A stretch of 64,000 nt of DNA from a bacterium (GTDB taxonomy: Bacteria; SAR324; NAC60-12), in assembly GCA_965205865.1 (NCBI GenBank), contig CBDBHR010000023.1:32001-96000 (forward strand), written 5' to 3'. The stretch's first letter is position 1; each line of letters starts with the position of its first letter. Below, piece after piece: positions 10,069 to 19,444 of this stretch. Made by a program: the position numbers and the translations under genes. The notes beneath the pieces are model-generated. The model ran no database searches and was not told the origin of the DNA. It saw only the letters and a list, made by a program, of their open reading frames with translations.

Positions 10069-10266
10069 TCAATCTCTTTTTGTATTTTCAGCTATCATGC
10101 TTAATAAACCAATCATTTTATCTTGACCGGATTCAAGATTTTCTAAACGTTTGTTGACACCTTGAAGTTCCGTTTTTACTTCTGATATTTCATTAAGTAA
10201 TTTTTCATCTCGCTCGGCTAGTTCTTGTTGTAGCGTTTGCATTGATTTGTGATCGCTAATCATCAT
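10069..10266 (-). CDS. Small coiled-coil hypothetical protein (possibly frameshifted at the 5' end)
   Basis: Heptad-like LQQELAERDEKLLNEISEVKTELQGVNKRLENLE. Confidence 0.45.
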   Translation of the reverse strand: MMISDHKSMQTLQQELAERDEKLLNEISEVKTELQGVNKRLENLESGQDKMIGLLSMIAENTKRD

Positions 10267-10487
10267 TGATCCGTTTTACGGCATCAAGCATATTATCTTG
10301 TGTGATGTCTTCAGTTTTCAACAGTTCTAACATTTTTTCCCTTTAGCTGGGGTTTTGGTAATCTTTTAGAAGTACTTTAGCAATTAAAACGCCACAGAAC
10401 AAGTCAATCATCCGGAACCTTAACACAGCGCATTTTACTTCGATTTAAGGGTGTCGCAAGTACAAAATTGTCTCTCAAATCAAGCTG

Positions 10488-10577
10488 AAAAGGGGTCAAG
10501 TCTTTTTTTGCTTTAAAGAAAAGCCTTATCGAGAACATGGGAAACGGATTTCCAAGGGTGCCCCTTGTCAAGCTCCC
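10488..10577. repeat. About 90-bp dispersed direct repeat, copy 2
   Basis: Matches 6756-6846. Confidence 0.85.
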
Positions 10578-10758
10578 TATTTATCAAATATTTTGACAGG
10601 ACAACATATTCTTGAAGTTATTGAAAAGTGATAGAATTGAAGATCTGTAAAAAGGCTTTTGAGGTAAATAGGTAACATATCATCATCTTCCCGTAGGATC
10701 AATTAAACAATATCTGTAAATATCTGTAAATATCTTGAATTATTATTAGATCTATTTT

Positions 10759-10896
10759 ATACCGAGTTTCGTTTAAAAAAGTGATATTCCAAAGCATCTG
10801 TCATTCTGAGAGTAGCGAAGAATCTCAATGATTTCAAAGAGATCCTTCGCTTTTCTCAGGATGACATAGGGTACACTTTTAAACGCAACTTGGTAT
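10759..10896. mobile_element. MITE-like element enclosing a GTCAT-tagged hairpin doublet
   Basis: Outer IRs ataccgagtttcgtttaaaa / ttttaaacgcaacttggtat; inner gtcattctgag...ctcaggatgac at 10800-10865. Confidence 0.7.
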
Positions 10897-10937
10897 TACA
10901 TGAATTATCACAATCACTCATTCGGGACAGATAACAG

Positions 10938-11450
10938 ATGTACAGTATTGGTCAGTTTGCAAAAAAGGTTGGTAAAACCGTTGAAACCATTAGAATATGG
11001 GAGCGAAAAGGGATTCTTGCGCCTGCCTACAGGAGCCAGGGAGGACACAGAATGTATAGCGAAGAACAACTGGCACAAGCACTCCAGAAAGATCAACCCA
11101 AAAACAGGATCAATATAGGTTATGTTTGTGTGGATTCCCATCATCAAAAAGATGATCTTCTCAGACAAGAACAATTGATTGAATCCTATCTTGCTCTTCA
11201 AGGGAAACCTTATCAAATCATCACGGATATAGGAAGTGGCATAAACTACAAGAAGCAAGGATTGAAACAGTTGCTCTTCACTATCATCAGTAATCAAGTA
11301 GAAACGATCTACGTCCTCCACAAAGATCGTTTGCTTCGATTTGGCTTTGAACTTTTGGAAGAGGTTTGCAGACTCCATAACACTAAGATAGAAATTATAA
11401 ACCAATCTGAAGAGGAAACCTCTGAAAAGGAATTAGTCGAAGAGATGATG
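10938..11450 (+). pseudogene. IS607-family TnpA (MerR-HTH serine resolvase), degenerate and truncated
   Basis: MYSIGQFAK..GGHRMY HTH, DIGSGINY, HKDRLLRFGFE, ELVEE; catalytic YARVSS reads YVCVDS; no tnpB; ORF reads on into unrelated sequence to 11717. Confidence 0.8.
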
Positions 11451-11581
11451 AAAAACAGATCGAGTGCATCAGGTTGGAATAGTCCTGATTCGATTGTGGA
11501 ACGCACCGTGAAAAAGCCCTCAACAGCAGATTCCTCCGGAAAAAAACCGGTAAAGCGTTTCCTGTACCTCCTGAACCGGTT

Positions 11582-14500
11582 GTGGACAAAACGAAGTCCA
11601 TTTCCAGTCCGGAAAAACCGGAGATTCCGGGTTATTTATTGGAGGAGGTCATTTTTGAAAGCGGCCGGACCCGGTTCTGGCGTGGCAGGCGGAAAAGCGA
11701 CGGGCTTTCGGTCCTGATCAAGGGAGCGGCATCCCCCCAGCAGAGCGCGCAGGATCTGGCGGAAATGCGGCATGAGCATGAGATCATCCAGGCTCTCAAG
11801 ATCGATGGGGTCCTCAGGTCACGGGAACTGGCGCAGTGTGAAAACGGATGGGCGTTGATCCTGGAAAACACGGAAGGGCTTCCTTTAAGAAAGCTGATGG
11901 ATACCGCCCGGCTCGACCTGCCGGACTCGCTCAAGGTAGCGGTTTCACTGACAGGCACCCTGAAAGAAGTGCACCGGCAGGGCATTATTCATAAAATGAT
12001 CAACCCGTTGAATATTTTTGTCGATCCGGCATCGGGAACGGTCAAACTGACCGGCTTCGGCCTGGCCACCCGGTTGCCTAAGGAAAATTTGACGACGTTG
12101 AGTCCCCAGCTAAGCGGGGAAACCCTGCCCTATATCTCCCCCGAACAGACCGGCCGGATGAATCGCCCCCTCGATTATCGCAGTGATTTTTATTCCCTGG
12201 GCGCCACCCTTTATGAACTTTTCAGCGGGAGAGTGCCTTTCCAATCCCGGGAGGCCATGGAAATCATCCACGCTCACATTGCCCGGCAGCCCCCGCCCCC
12301 TGACGAGATTGAACCGCAAATACCCAGAGTCCTTTCCCGCCTGGTGATGAAACTGGTGGCCAAGCGTGCCGAGGCGCGCTACCAGAGCCACTCGGGCCTT
12401 TCAGCTGATCTCCTGGCATGTGTGGAGCAGCTGGAAAACCAGGGGAGCCTGTCCGACTTTCCCTTGGCTCGCCATGATATGCCTAAAGAACTGCAGGTCG
12501 CCCCGGGGCTTTACGGCCGGGAGGATGAAATCGCCGCTCTGGAAGCCGCTCTGGAGCGAGTCAGCCAGGGAGCGACCGAGATGGTGCTGATCTCAGGATC
12601 CGCTGGTGTCGGTAAAACCGCCCTGGTCGGTGAAATTCACAGGTCCATTGCCCAAAAAAACGGCTTTTTCATCTCCGGCAAGTTTGACCAGCTCCGGCAC
12701 AATATTCCCTACAGCGCCCTGATCCAGGCGCTGCGGGGACTCATCCGGGAGATATCGGTCGCAAACAAATCCGGAATGGAGCGTTGGAAAAGCAGGATAC
12801 GGGCTGCCCTGGGGCCCAACGGACAACTGATGACCCGGGTAATCCCGGAACTGGAGCTGATGATCGGCCCGCAACCTCCGCTGCCGGAAATGGGAGCGCT
12901 GGAGGCCCGCAACCGCTTCACAACCGTTTTACTGGATTTCATCGACCTTTTCTGTGAAAAAACCCATCCGCTGGTTATTTTTCTGGACGACTTGCAGTGG
13001 GTGGACGCCGATACCCTCAAGCTGGTGGAACGGATCGCTCAGCATCCGGAGAGGAAACCTCTGCTTTTCCTGGGAGCCTATCGCGACAACGAGGTGGAGG
13101 CCGATCATCGGCTGACGATCAGTTGTGAGGTGATCAAAAAAACAGGCCAGCCTGTCCAAACGATCCCCTTAAAGCCCCTGAACCCGGAGAACATCTCACA
13201 ACTGCTCGTCCATACCTGCCACTGCCGTCCTGAGGATGCCAAACCGCTGGCCGAGGTTCTGGCGCGCAAAACCGGCGGCAATCCCTTCTTTGTGAGCCAG
13301 TTTTTGACCGTACTCTCCGAGAAGGACCTGATCCGCTACTCCCTTGAGGAAAAACGATGGATCTGGGAGCTGGCTGCCATCGAATTCCTGGCGGTGACCG
13401 AGAATGTGGTGGATTTGCTGATTGACCGGCTCCACCGGTTTTCCGCTGAAACCAGGCGACTCTTAAGCCTGGCGGCCTGCATCGGCAATACCTTTGACCT
13501 GGAATCCCTGGAACGGATCAGCGGAGCCGGAGGCAGGGAGATCGATGAGAACCTGTTGCCGGCCCTGGAAACCGGGTTGATCCTCGGTTTTTCCCAGGCC
13601 CCGCAGCCGGATAATCCGACCGCCGGAGCGAGCGTGGAGGGTGGCAGCTACAAATTCCTGCATGACCGGGTGCAGCAGGCTGCCTATGCCCTCATTGCGC
13701 AAAAGGAAAAACAGCCGGTCCATCTTCGTATCGGTCAGACCCTGCTCAAGCAATACGCTCCGGAGGAAAGTGACGCTCTGCTCTTTGACATCGTCCACCA
13801 TCTCAACCTGGCCCGGAGGGTGAAGGATAAATGGAAAGAACGATTGCACCTGGCGGAACTCAACCTGGAAGCCGGTCTTAAGGCCAGAGCGGCTTCGGCT
13901 TTTGAACAGGCCCTGGAATACTTTACCATAGGCCTGGACCTCTTAGGAGCCGCCGCCTGGAAACGGCAATACCCCCTGGCCTTATCCCTGCACGACGGTG
14001 CAACGGAGATGTCATGGCTCTGCGGCCGGTTTGACCTGATGGAGAAGCTGGCGGGTGCCGTAAAAGACAACGTCCGGCAGGACCTGGAGCTGGCCAATGT
14101 TTATCAATGCTTGATCAAGGCATACACCTCCCGGGGTGAATTAAAGAAGGCCATGGAAACGGGCGAGGAAATTCTGAAGAAATTGGGGTGTCAACTGGGC
14201 CGTTTGTCTCCCGACCAGTGGCAGCAGACCCTCGTTCAAATCAAATCCGGCTTGGCCGGTAAAAGCGTCGCAGAAGTGATGCGCTTTGAGCAGCACACCC
14301 AACCGGATGCCAAGGTCCTTATCCATATCCTATATGAACTCCATCTGCCATATGGCGAGGCTGGGGTTACTTTGGATGACGGTCTTTGGCAGCCCATCGC
14401 TTTAAAACGCATCTCTTTCCTGCTCAATCATTTTCATCCGAAACATTCACCCGAATTCTATTGTTTTCTTGGAATGATATATTGCATTATGCAGGATTTT

Positions 14501-17404
14501 GAATTTGGTTGGGAACTTGGTCGTCTGGGCATAAAGCTCATGGAAACGCTTGATCTGAAGGATATAAACTGTAGAGTTTCCAGGGTTTTCAACATCGCAA
14601 TCCGGATCTACAGGGAGCCGCTATCTGAGACATTGGATCCCTTACTAGAAGCTCATAAGATGGGAATCGAGACGGGAGATTTCACCAATGCCGGTCGTAA
14701 CGCCGTCGCAAGATGTCAGATTGCGTTTATGTGCGGGAAAGAGTTGAATTGGCTGAAAGGGGAATTGTCGACGTTGAAGCTTGCTATCAAGAAGATCAAT
14801 TGTATTATCGTGTCTCCCCACGTCGAAATCCTGACGAAGGTGATCATGATTCTGATGGATGAACCTTCGACCCTGTCGACGGTTATCATTGATCAATACG
14901 ATAGGGTAACGGGTGCAGAGTTCGTATATCATGACCAGAGCAGTTTTAATTACCAAAAGCTGGTGCTGCAATACCTGTTCGAAGAATACGAAGCAGCCCG
15001 TGAGACGGCTTTTGAAATGATCAACCTGATGAAAACCTACAAGGATCCCCTGATTGATGCCCTGGCCAACTGCTACCTATCCCTCGCTCTCCTGGCAGTT
15101 TACGGCCAGGTGCCTGAGGGGGAAAAGGAGGAGATCCTCACCCAGGTTCATGACAATCAGGATACGTTGGAGAAACTGGCGCGCAGTGCCCCGCCCAATT
15201 ACCGGCACAAGCATCACCTGGTGGAAGCCGAGCGAATGCGGGTTATGGGCGGCGAAAGCGATGTGATCATGTCCCATTATGACCAGGCCATCGCTTTGGC
15301 CAGAGAGAGCGAATTTATTCACGAGGAAGCCCTGGCCGATGAACTGGCAGCCAAGTACTTGCTCAGCCAGGGGCTGAAAACCCCCGCCCGAACTCACCTG
15401 CAGGCGGCATTGGAAAAGTACGAAACCTGGGGGGCTAAACGGAAGGTCGCGCACCTGAGGTCTCGATATCCCGGGTTGATTGCCGATGATCGTGCCGAAG
15501 GGGCGGTGTCTCCTTCGCCCAACCTGGATCTGGCAACAATTCTCAAAGCCTCGGAGGCCATCTCCAGTATCCTCGAGTTGGAACCGCTGCTGGAGTTTCT
15601 GCTTGGCATTCTCATAGAAAATGCCGGGGCCCAGACAGCAACCCTGATTCTGGAAACCGAAGGTCAGTCTCTCATCGCTGCCCGCGGGAGCGCCGAGCAG
15701 GTCGAATATTTCCTGCCGCTTTCCCTGCCTGTGGAAAAGGTCGGCTCTATCTCCCTCTCGGTCATCTCCTGGGTTAAACAAAACAATGAGCATCTTGTGT
15801 TAGACATCGCCGGCCGGGAGGAACGGTTTGTCGAGGATGACTATATCCGGAGGGAACGTCCTAAATCCATCCTGTGCGCACCGATACATCATAAGTCAAC
15901 CTTGACCGGAATCATTTACCTGGAAAATAACCTGGTTGAGGGGGCCTTCACCTCCCGGCGACTCGAGGTGATCGAGCACCTTACCTCCCAGATCGCCATT
16001 TCCCTGGAAAATGCCAGGCTTCACGAAAACCTCAAACGAACCGAAGCGAAATACCGGGGAATTTTTGAAAATGCCACCGAAGGCATCTACCGGGCGAGCC
16101 TGGTTGGCAGATTATTGAGCGCCAATCCAGCGATGGCCAGGTTATTCGGATACTCTTCCCCGAATGAGATTATGGAATCCATCACCGACATCGGGCTCCA
16201 GCTTTATGTGAATCCGGAGCAGCGTCATCAGTTCCTGGATCTCATCCGGCAACGACGCCCCGTTTCTGATTTTGAAGTGAATTTTTTCCGTAAAGACGGC
16301 AGCACCTTCTGGGGATCTCTGCACGCAAGCCCAGTCTATGATGAGACCGATGAATTATGCTTCATCGATGGGATTATTTCCGACGTAACGGAGCAGAAAA
16401 ACCGGATGGAAGCCCTGCATCAAGAAAATGTCCGCCTGCGCTCCAACATTAAAGAGCGTTATCGGTTCGGAAAGATCATCGGCAAAAGCCCCGTGATGCA
16501 GGAGATTTATGAATTGATCTTAAAGGCGGCGGCTAGCGATGTTGGCGTCATTGTATACGGTGAATCAGGGACGGGTAAAGAACTGGTGGCCGAAGCCATT
16601 CATGAGATGAGTGATAGAAAAGAAAAACCCTTTGTTCCCGTCAACGCCGGTGCTGTTCCGGAAAACCTCTTGGAAAGCGAGTTTTTCGGCTACAAAAAAG
16701 GGGCCTTTACCGGAGCCAATGCGGATAAGCGCGGCCTGCTCCAACAGGCAGAAAAAGGAACGCTTTTCCTGGATGAATTGGGCGAAATCGGCCCCAATCT
16801 GCAGGCCAAACTGCTACGTGCTCTTGAAGGCGGAGGGTTCACGCCAGTAGGCGGACTTGAAGTGGAAACCTCCGATTTTCGCATCATTGCTGCCACAAAT
16901 AAGGATTTAAAAGAACAGGTGAAAAAGGGATTAATGCGGGAGGATTTCTTTTACCGCATCCATATTATCCCCATTCACTTGCCGCCTCTCAGGGAACGTA
17001 AAGAGGATATCCCCCTTTTGATCGAGCATTTTATGCAAAACCACCCCCCCTCAAAGAACCTGCCCAAAATCACCGTCGCTGTCATGGAAGCTCTGCTAGC
17101 CTACGATTGGCCGGAAAACGTCAGGGAACTGATCAACACCATGCATCGATACCTGACGCTCAAGAAACTCGACTTCCTCGATACCTCTTTAATCGATGAC
17201 AGCCAAACAGAACCATCGGTCTCGGTTGAGGAGAGTGAAACCAATGAACCCTTGGATGCCACTGTGAAGCGATTCGAAAAACTGTATTTGACCAGGGTGC
17301 TGGAAGATAATGACTGGCAACAGGGCAAAGTTTCAGCCTTTCTGGGGGTTGATCCTAAAACGTTGTATCGAAAAATAAAACAGTACCACCTAAAACCCTC
17401 ATAA
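11582..17404 (+). CDS. Multidomain sigma54-dependent activator: Ser/Thr kinase-like + AAA ATPase + helical repeats + GAF + PAS + sigma54 AAA+ + HTH
   Basis: YISPEQTGR, GSAGVGKT, LDDLQW, FLHDRVQQAAY, YLENN GAF, FENATEG PAS, GESGTGKE, GAFTGA, FLDELG, KTLYRK. Confidence 0.92.
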   Translation: MDKTKSISSPEKPEIPGYLLEEVIFESGRTRFWRGRRKSDGLSVLIKGAASPQQSAQDLAEMRHEHEIIQALKIDGVLRSRELAQCENGWALILENTEGLPLRKLMDTARLDLPDSLKVAVSLTGTLKEVHRQGIIHKMINPLNIFVDPASGTVKLTGFGLATRLPKENLTTLSPQLSGETLPYISPEQTGRMNRPLDYRSDFYSLGATLYELFSGRVPFQSREAMEIIHAHIARQPPPPDEIEPQIPRVLSRLVMKLVAKRAEARYQSHSGLSADLLACVEQLENQGSLSDFPLARHDMPKELQVAPGLYGREDEIAALEAALERVSQGATEMVLISGSAGVGKTALVGEIHRSIAQKNGFFISGKFDQLRHNIPYSALIQALRGLIREISVANKSGMERWKSRIRAALGPNGQLMTRVIPELELMIGPQPPLPEMGALEARNRFTTVLLDFIDLFCEKTHPLVIFLDDLQWVDADTLKLVERIAQHPERKPLLFLGAYRDNEVEADHRLTISCEVIKKTGQPVQTIPLKPLNPENISQLLVHTCHCRPEDAKPLAEVLARKTGGNPFFVSQFLTVLSEKDLIRYSLEEKRWIWELAAIEFLAVTENVVDLLIDRLHRFSAETRRLLSLAACIGNTFDLESLERISGAGGREIDENLLPALETGLILGFSQAPQPDNPTAGASVEGGSYKFLHDRVQQAAYALIAQKEKQPVHLRIGQTLLKQYAPEESDALLFDIVHHLNLARRVKDKWKERLHLAELNLEAGLKARAASAFEQALEYFTIGLDLLGAAAWKRQYPLALSLHDGATEMSWLCGRFDLMEKLAGAVKDNVRQDLELANVYQCLIKAYTSRGELKKAMETGEEILKKLGCQLGRLSPDQWQQTLVQIKSGLAGKSVAEVMRFEQHTQPDAKVLIHILYELHLPYGEAGVTLDDGLWQPIALKRISFLLNHFHPKHSPEFYCFLGMIYCIMQDFEFGWELGRLGIKLMETLDLKDINCRVSRVFNIAIRIYREPLSETLDPLLEAHKMGIETGDFTNAGRNAVARCQIAFMCGKELNWLKGELSTLKLAIKKINCIIVSPHVEILTKVIMILMDEPSTLSTVIIDQYDRVTGAEFVYHDQSSFNYQKLVLQYLFEEYEAARETAFEMINLMKTYKDPLIDALANCYLSLALLAVYGQVPEGEKEEILTQVHDNQDTLEKLARSAPPNYRHKHHLVEAERMRVMGGESDVIMSHYDQAIALARESEFIHEEALADELAAKYLLSQGLKTPARTHLQAALEKYETWGAKRKVAHLRSRYPGLIADDRAEGAVSPSPNLDLATILKASEAISSILELEPLLEFLLGILIENAGAQTATLILETEGQSLIAARGSAEQVEYFLPLSLPVEKVGSISLSVISWVKQNNEHLVLDIAGREERFVEDDYIRRERPKSILCAPIHHKSTLTGIIYLENNLVEGAFTSRRLEVIEHLTSQIAISLENARLHENLKRTEAKYRGIFENATEGIYRASLVGRLLSANPAMARLFGYSSPNEIMESITDIGLQLYVNPEQRHQFLDLIRQRRPVSDFEVNFFRKDGSTFWGSLHASPVYDETDELCFIDGIISDVTEQKNRMEALHQENVRLRSNIKERYRFGKIIGKSPVMQEIYELILKAAASDVGVIVYGESGTGKELVAEAIHEMSDRKEKPFVPVNAGAVPENLLESEFFGYKKGAFTGANADKRGLLQQAEKGTLFLDELGEIGPNLQAKLLRALEGGGFTPVGGLEVETSDFRIIAATNKDLKEQVKKGLMREDFFYRIHIIPIHLPPLRERKEDIPLLIEHFMQNHPPSKNLPKITVAVMEALLAYDWPENVRELINTMHRYLTLKKLDFLDTSLIDDSQTEPSVSVEESETNEPLDATVKRFEKLYLTRVLEDNDWQQGKVSAFLGVDPKTLYRKIKQYHLKPS

Positions 17405-17574
17405 AGTAAAGAATCCACCTTGACTGGCCGCCCTCCATTTGTGTTTTTCAAACAAAATCCGTACAATGCGATTAAAATTGGTGTCAAATACAACTCTTCC
17501 AAAGAGGAATGGAGAGCCTTGCGGACGGCTAGTCTCTGATTGAAAAATGCCGCTGTGCCTACCTAAAGCTCTAT

Positions 17575-18192
17575 ATGAAAAAACCTGACAAATACGAAGT
17601 CGAAGATCCTGATTTTGATCAGGAACACCATATTCTAAAAAATAAATTGGGGATTGTTGATCCTCTTGAGTTGGAACGTGTAGAAGTTAGAGCTTTAGTA
17701 AAGGCTACCCAACAAGCGGTCCGGCATTATGAGGTAGATCATTGCTTTTCCAGCAAAGATGTGCGAGATCTACACAAACTTTTCCTGGAGGAGATTTTTG
17801 AATGGGCTGGACAATACAGGAGGGTTGATATTTCCTCACCCCAAATTCGATGGTGCCATGCGCCTCACATTCCAACCGAGATGGAACGGTATTCTCAATT
17901 GCTCAATCATTTCACACCTTTTAGTCCAGTTTCATCAAGAGAAGAAATCTATAGCAAGCTTGCCCAGATCCATGGGGAACTGATTGTGATTCATCCTTTT
18001 CGGGATGGAAATGGACGAGTGACCCGGTTATTGTGTGATCTTCTCTTGGGACAAGCCCAATTAGAAATGAAGGATCCCAGCAGGTTTTATGAGCAACACA
18101 TTCGAGAGGAATACCATCAAGCGATTCAAGAAGTATGGAGCCGTGGGAAAAATCACAAACTCATTACGCTTTATTCTCGGCTAATTCGCTAG
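17575..18192 (+). CDS. fic: Fic-domain protein
   Basis: Canonical HPFRDGNGRVTR motif; LKNKLGI and IFEWAGQYR. Confidence 0.92.
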   Translation: MKKPDKYEVEDPDFDQEHHILKNKLGIVDPLELERVEVRALVKATQQAVRHYEVDHCFSSKDVRDLHKLFLEEIFEWAGQYRRVDISSPQIRWCHAPHIPTEMERYSQLLNHFTPFSPVSSREEIYSKLAQIHGELIVIHPFRDGNGRVTRLLCDLLLGQAQLEMKDPSRFYEQHIREEYHQAIQEVWSRGKNHKLITLYSRLIR

Positions 18193-18355
18193 AGGTAGGA
18201 GAAGCATGGCGTTGCATTTGCTGAAGTTCCTCTTCCAAAGGTTTCACGGCTTCTTCCATTCCTTCCAGTAAGGAAGAAGCAATTGCACGTTCTAAGCTCC
18301 ATATTTTCAGTTCTCTTTCGTCTTTCAAACGAGGGTGAGCTTCATAAATTTTCAT
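18164..18355 (-). CDS. Small protein with a Fic-inhibitory-like (S/T)xxxEG motif; putative antitoxin
   Basis: 63 aa, RAIASSLLEGM; overlaps the fic 3' end convergently. Confidence 0.55.
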   Translation of the reverse strand: MKIYEAHPRLKDERELKIWSLERAIASSLLEGMEEAVKPLEEELQQMQRHASPTSSELAENKA

Positions 18356-18507
18356 GGGGGAATCTCTCTAAAATAAATTTTATCATATGCTGATTATACC
18401 AAATCTATAAGATTGAGCAACCAATTCTTCCCAAACCTCTTGAGGCACTGTCATCTTCTCAAACAGTTTTGATAACAAATCAAGAATCCCTCCAATGGCA
18501 GATTCAT

Positions 18508-18598
18508 TCGGTCTCGGTTGAGGAGAGTGACACCAATTAACCCTTGGTTGCCACTATGAAGCGACTCGAAAAACAGTACCATCTAAAACCCTCATAAA
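18508..18598 (+). repeat. Degenerate, internally deleted copy of the regulator 3' end
   Basis: Matches 17216-17283 joined to about 17377-17405. Confidence 0.85.
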
Positions 18599-18605
18599 TC
18601 AAATC

Positions 18606-18824
18606 GGGCATTTCTGCCCAGTAATCAGGCATTTCTGCCAGAATCTCGAATTAGTGTTTAATATCAATACATTACTGCTGAAAATCCATCATTTTTTGCG
18701 TTTAAGTGTGGCAAAATTGCCCCATTTTACCAAAAAATCACCTCAAAACTGGCAGCCCTCTTTCCCATAAGTCGCCTCAGCCCCCACCAATCCTGCGTTT
18801 CGAGCGGATGGCATGACTTTTGAA
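18606..18824 (+). promoter_or_regulatory. Putative sigma54 promoter with upstream activator palindromes
   Basis: GGCA-N4-TGCC palindromes at 18606, 18627 and 18709; -24/-12-like TGGCATGACTTTTGAA at 18809-18824 (non-consensus -12). Confidence 0.55.
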
Positions 18825-18836
18825 GTATAGGTCGTC

Positions 18837-19202
18837 ATGGAGATGTTAATTGTGGGTGCGAACTGTTTGGAGCAAGAGTACCTGAACGACCTGACCCGGG
18901 ATCCCGAACATCGTGTGGTGATGGTCGATTCGGGGGAAGAGGCTTTGCAGCAGGTGCGATTAGAAGCCTACGATTTGATTTTTTTGGATCTTTCCCTTCC
19001 CGATATATCAGGAGCCGATCTGATTACAAAAATCAAAGAAGAACTGCAGGAAGTGAAGATCATTGTGACGACAGAGTCGAACTCGAAAGAATTGGAGATT
19101 CAGGTGAGGAAGAAGGGTATCCTCTTTTATTTGATTAAACCCATTGTCCCCCATTATTTGAGAAGCATTATTGACCATTTAATCACCGTTGGGGCGAAAT
19201 AG
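18837..19202 (+). CDS. Stand-alone response regulator receiver
   Basis: DLIFLDLSLPD phospho-acceptor region, T, YLIKP. Confidence 0.85.
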   Translation: MEMLIVGANCLEQEYLNDLTRDPEHRVVMVDSGEEALQQVRLEAYDLIFLDLSLPDISGADLITKIKEELQEVKIIVTTESNSKELEIQVRKKGILFYLIKPIVPHYLRSIIDHLITVGAK

Positions 19203-19444
19203 CGATTAGCCGTCAGCTATCCGCTATCAGCTTTTGGATCTTATTGATATTATAGATCTTTTTTATTACTGAAAACCCGATGAAAGGAGGAAATGCCTAT
19301 GGAATAAAACCCGTTTTGAAACAGCTGATGGGCGCGTGAGAGCGTCATTTTGTCATTTATTTTTTTAAGGAGAATCTTATGAAATCGAAAATCGCTATTC
19401 TGTTAATGCCATTTATTCATTCATTTTTTTTTAAGGAGAATCTT

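Noticed and set aside
19201-19232. Heptamer-like repeats (agctatc)
   Set aside because: Short and degenerate; no function can be supported.
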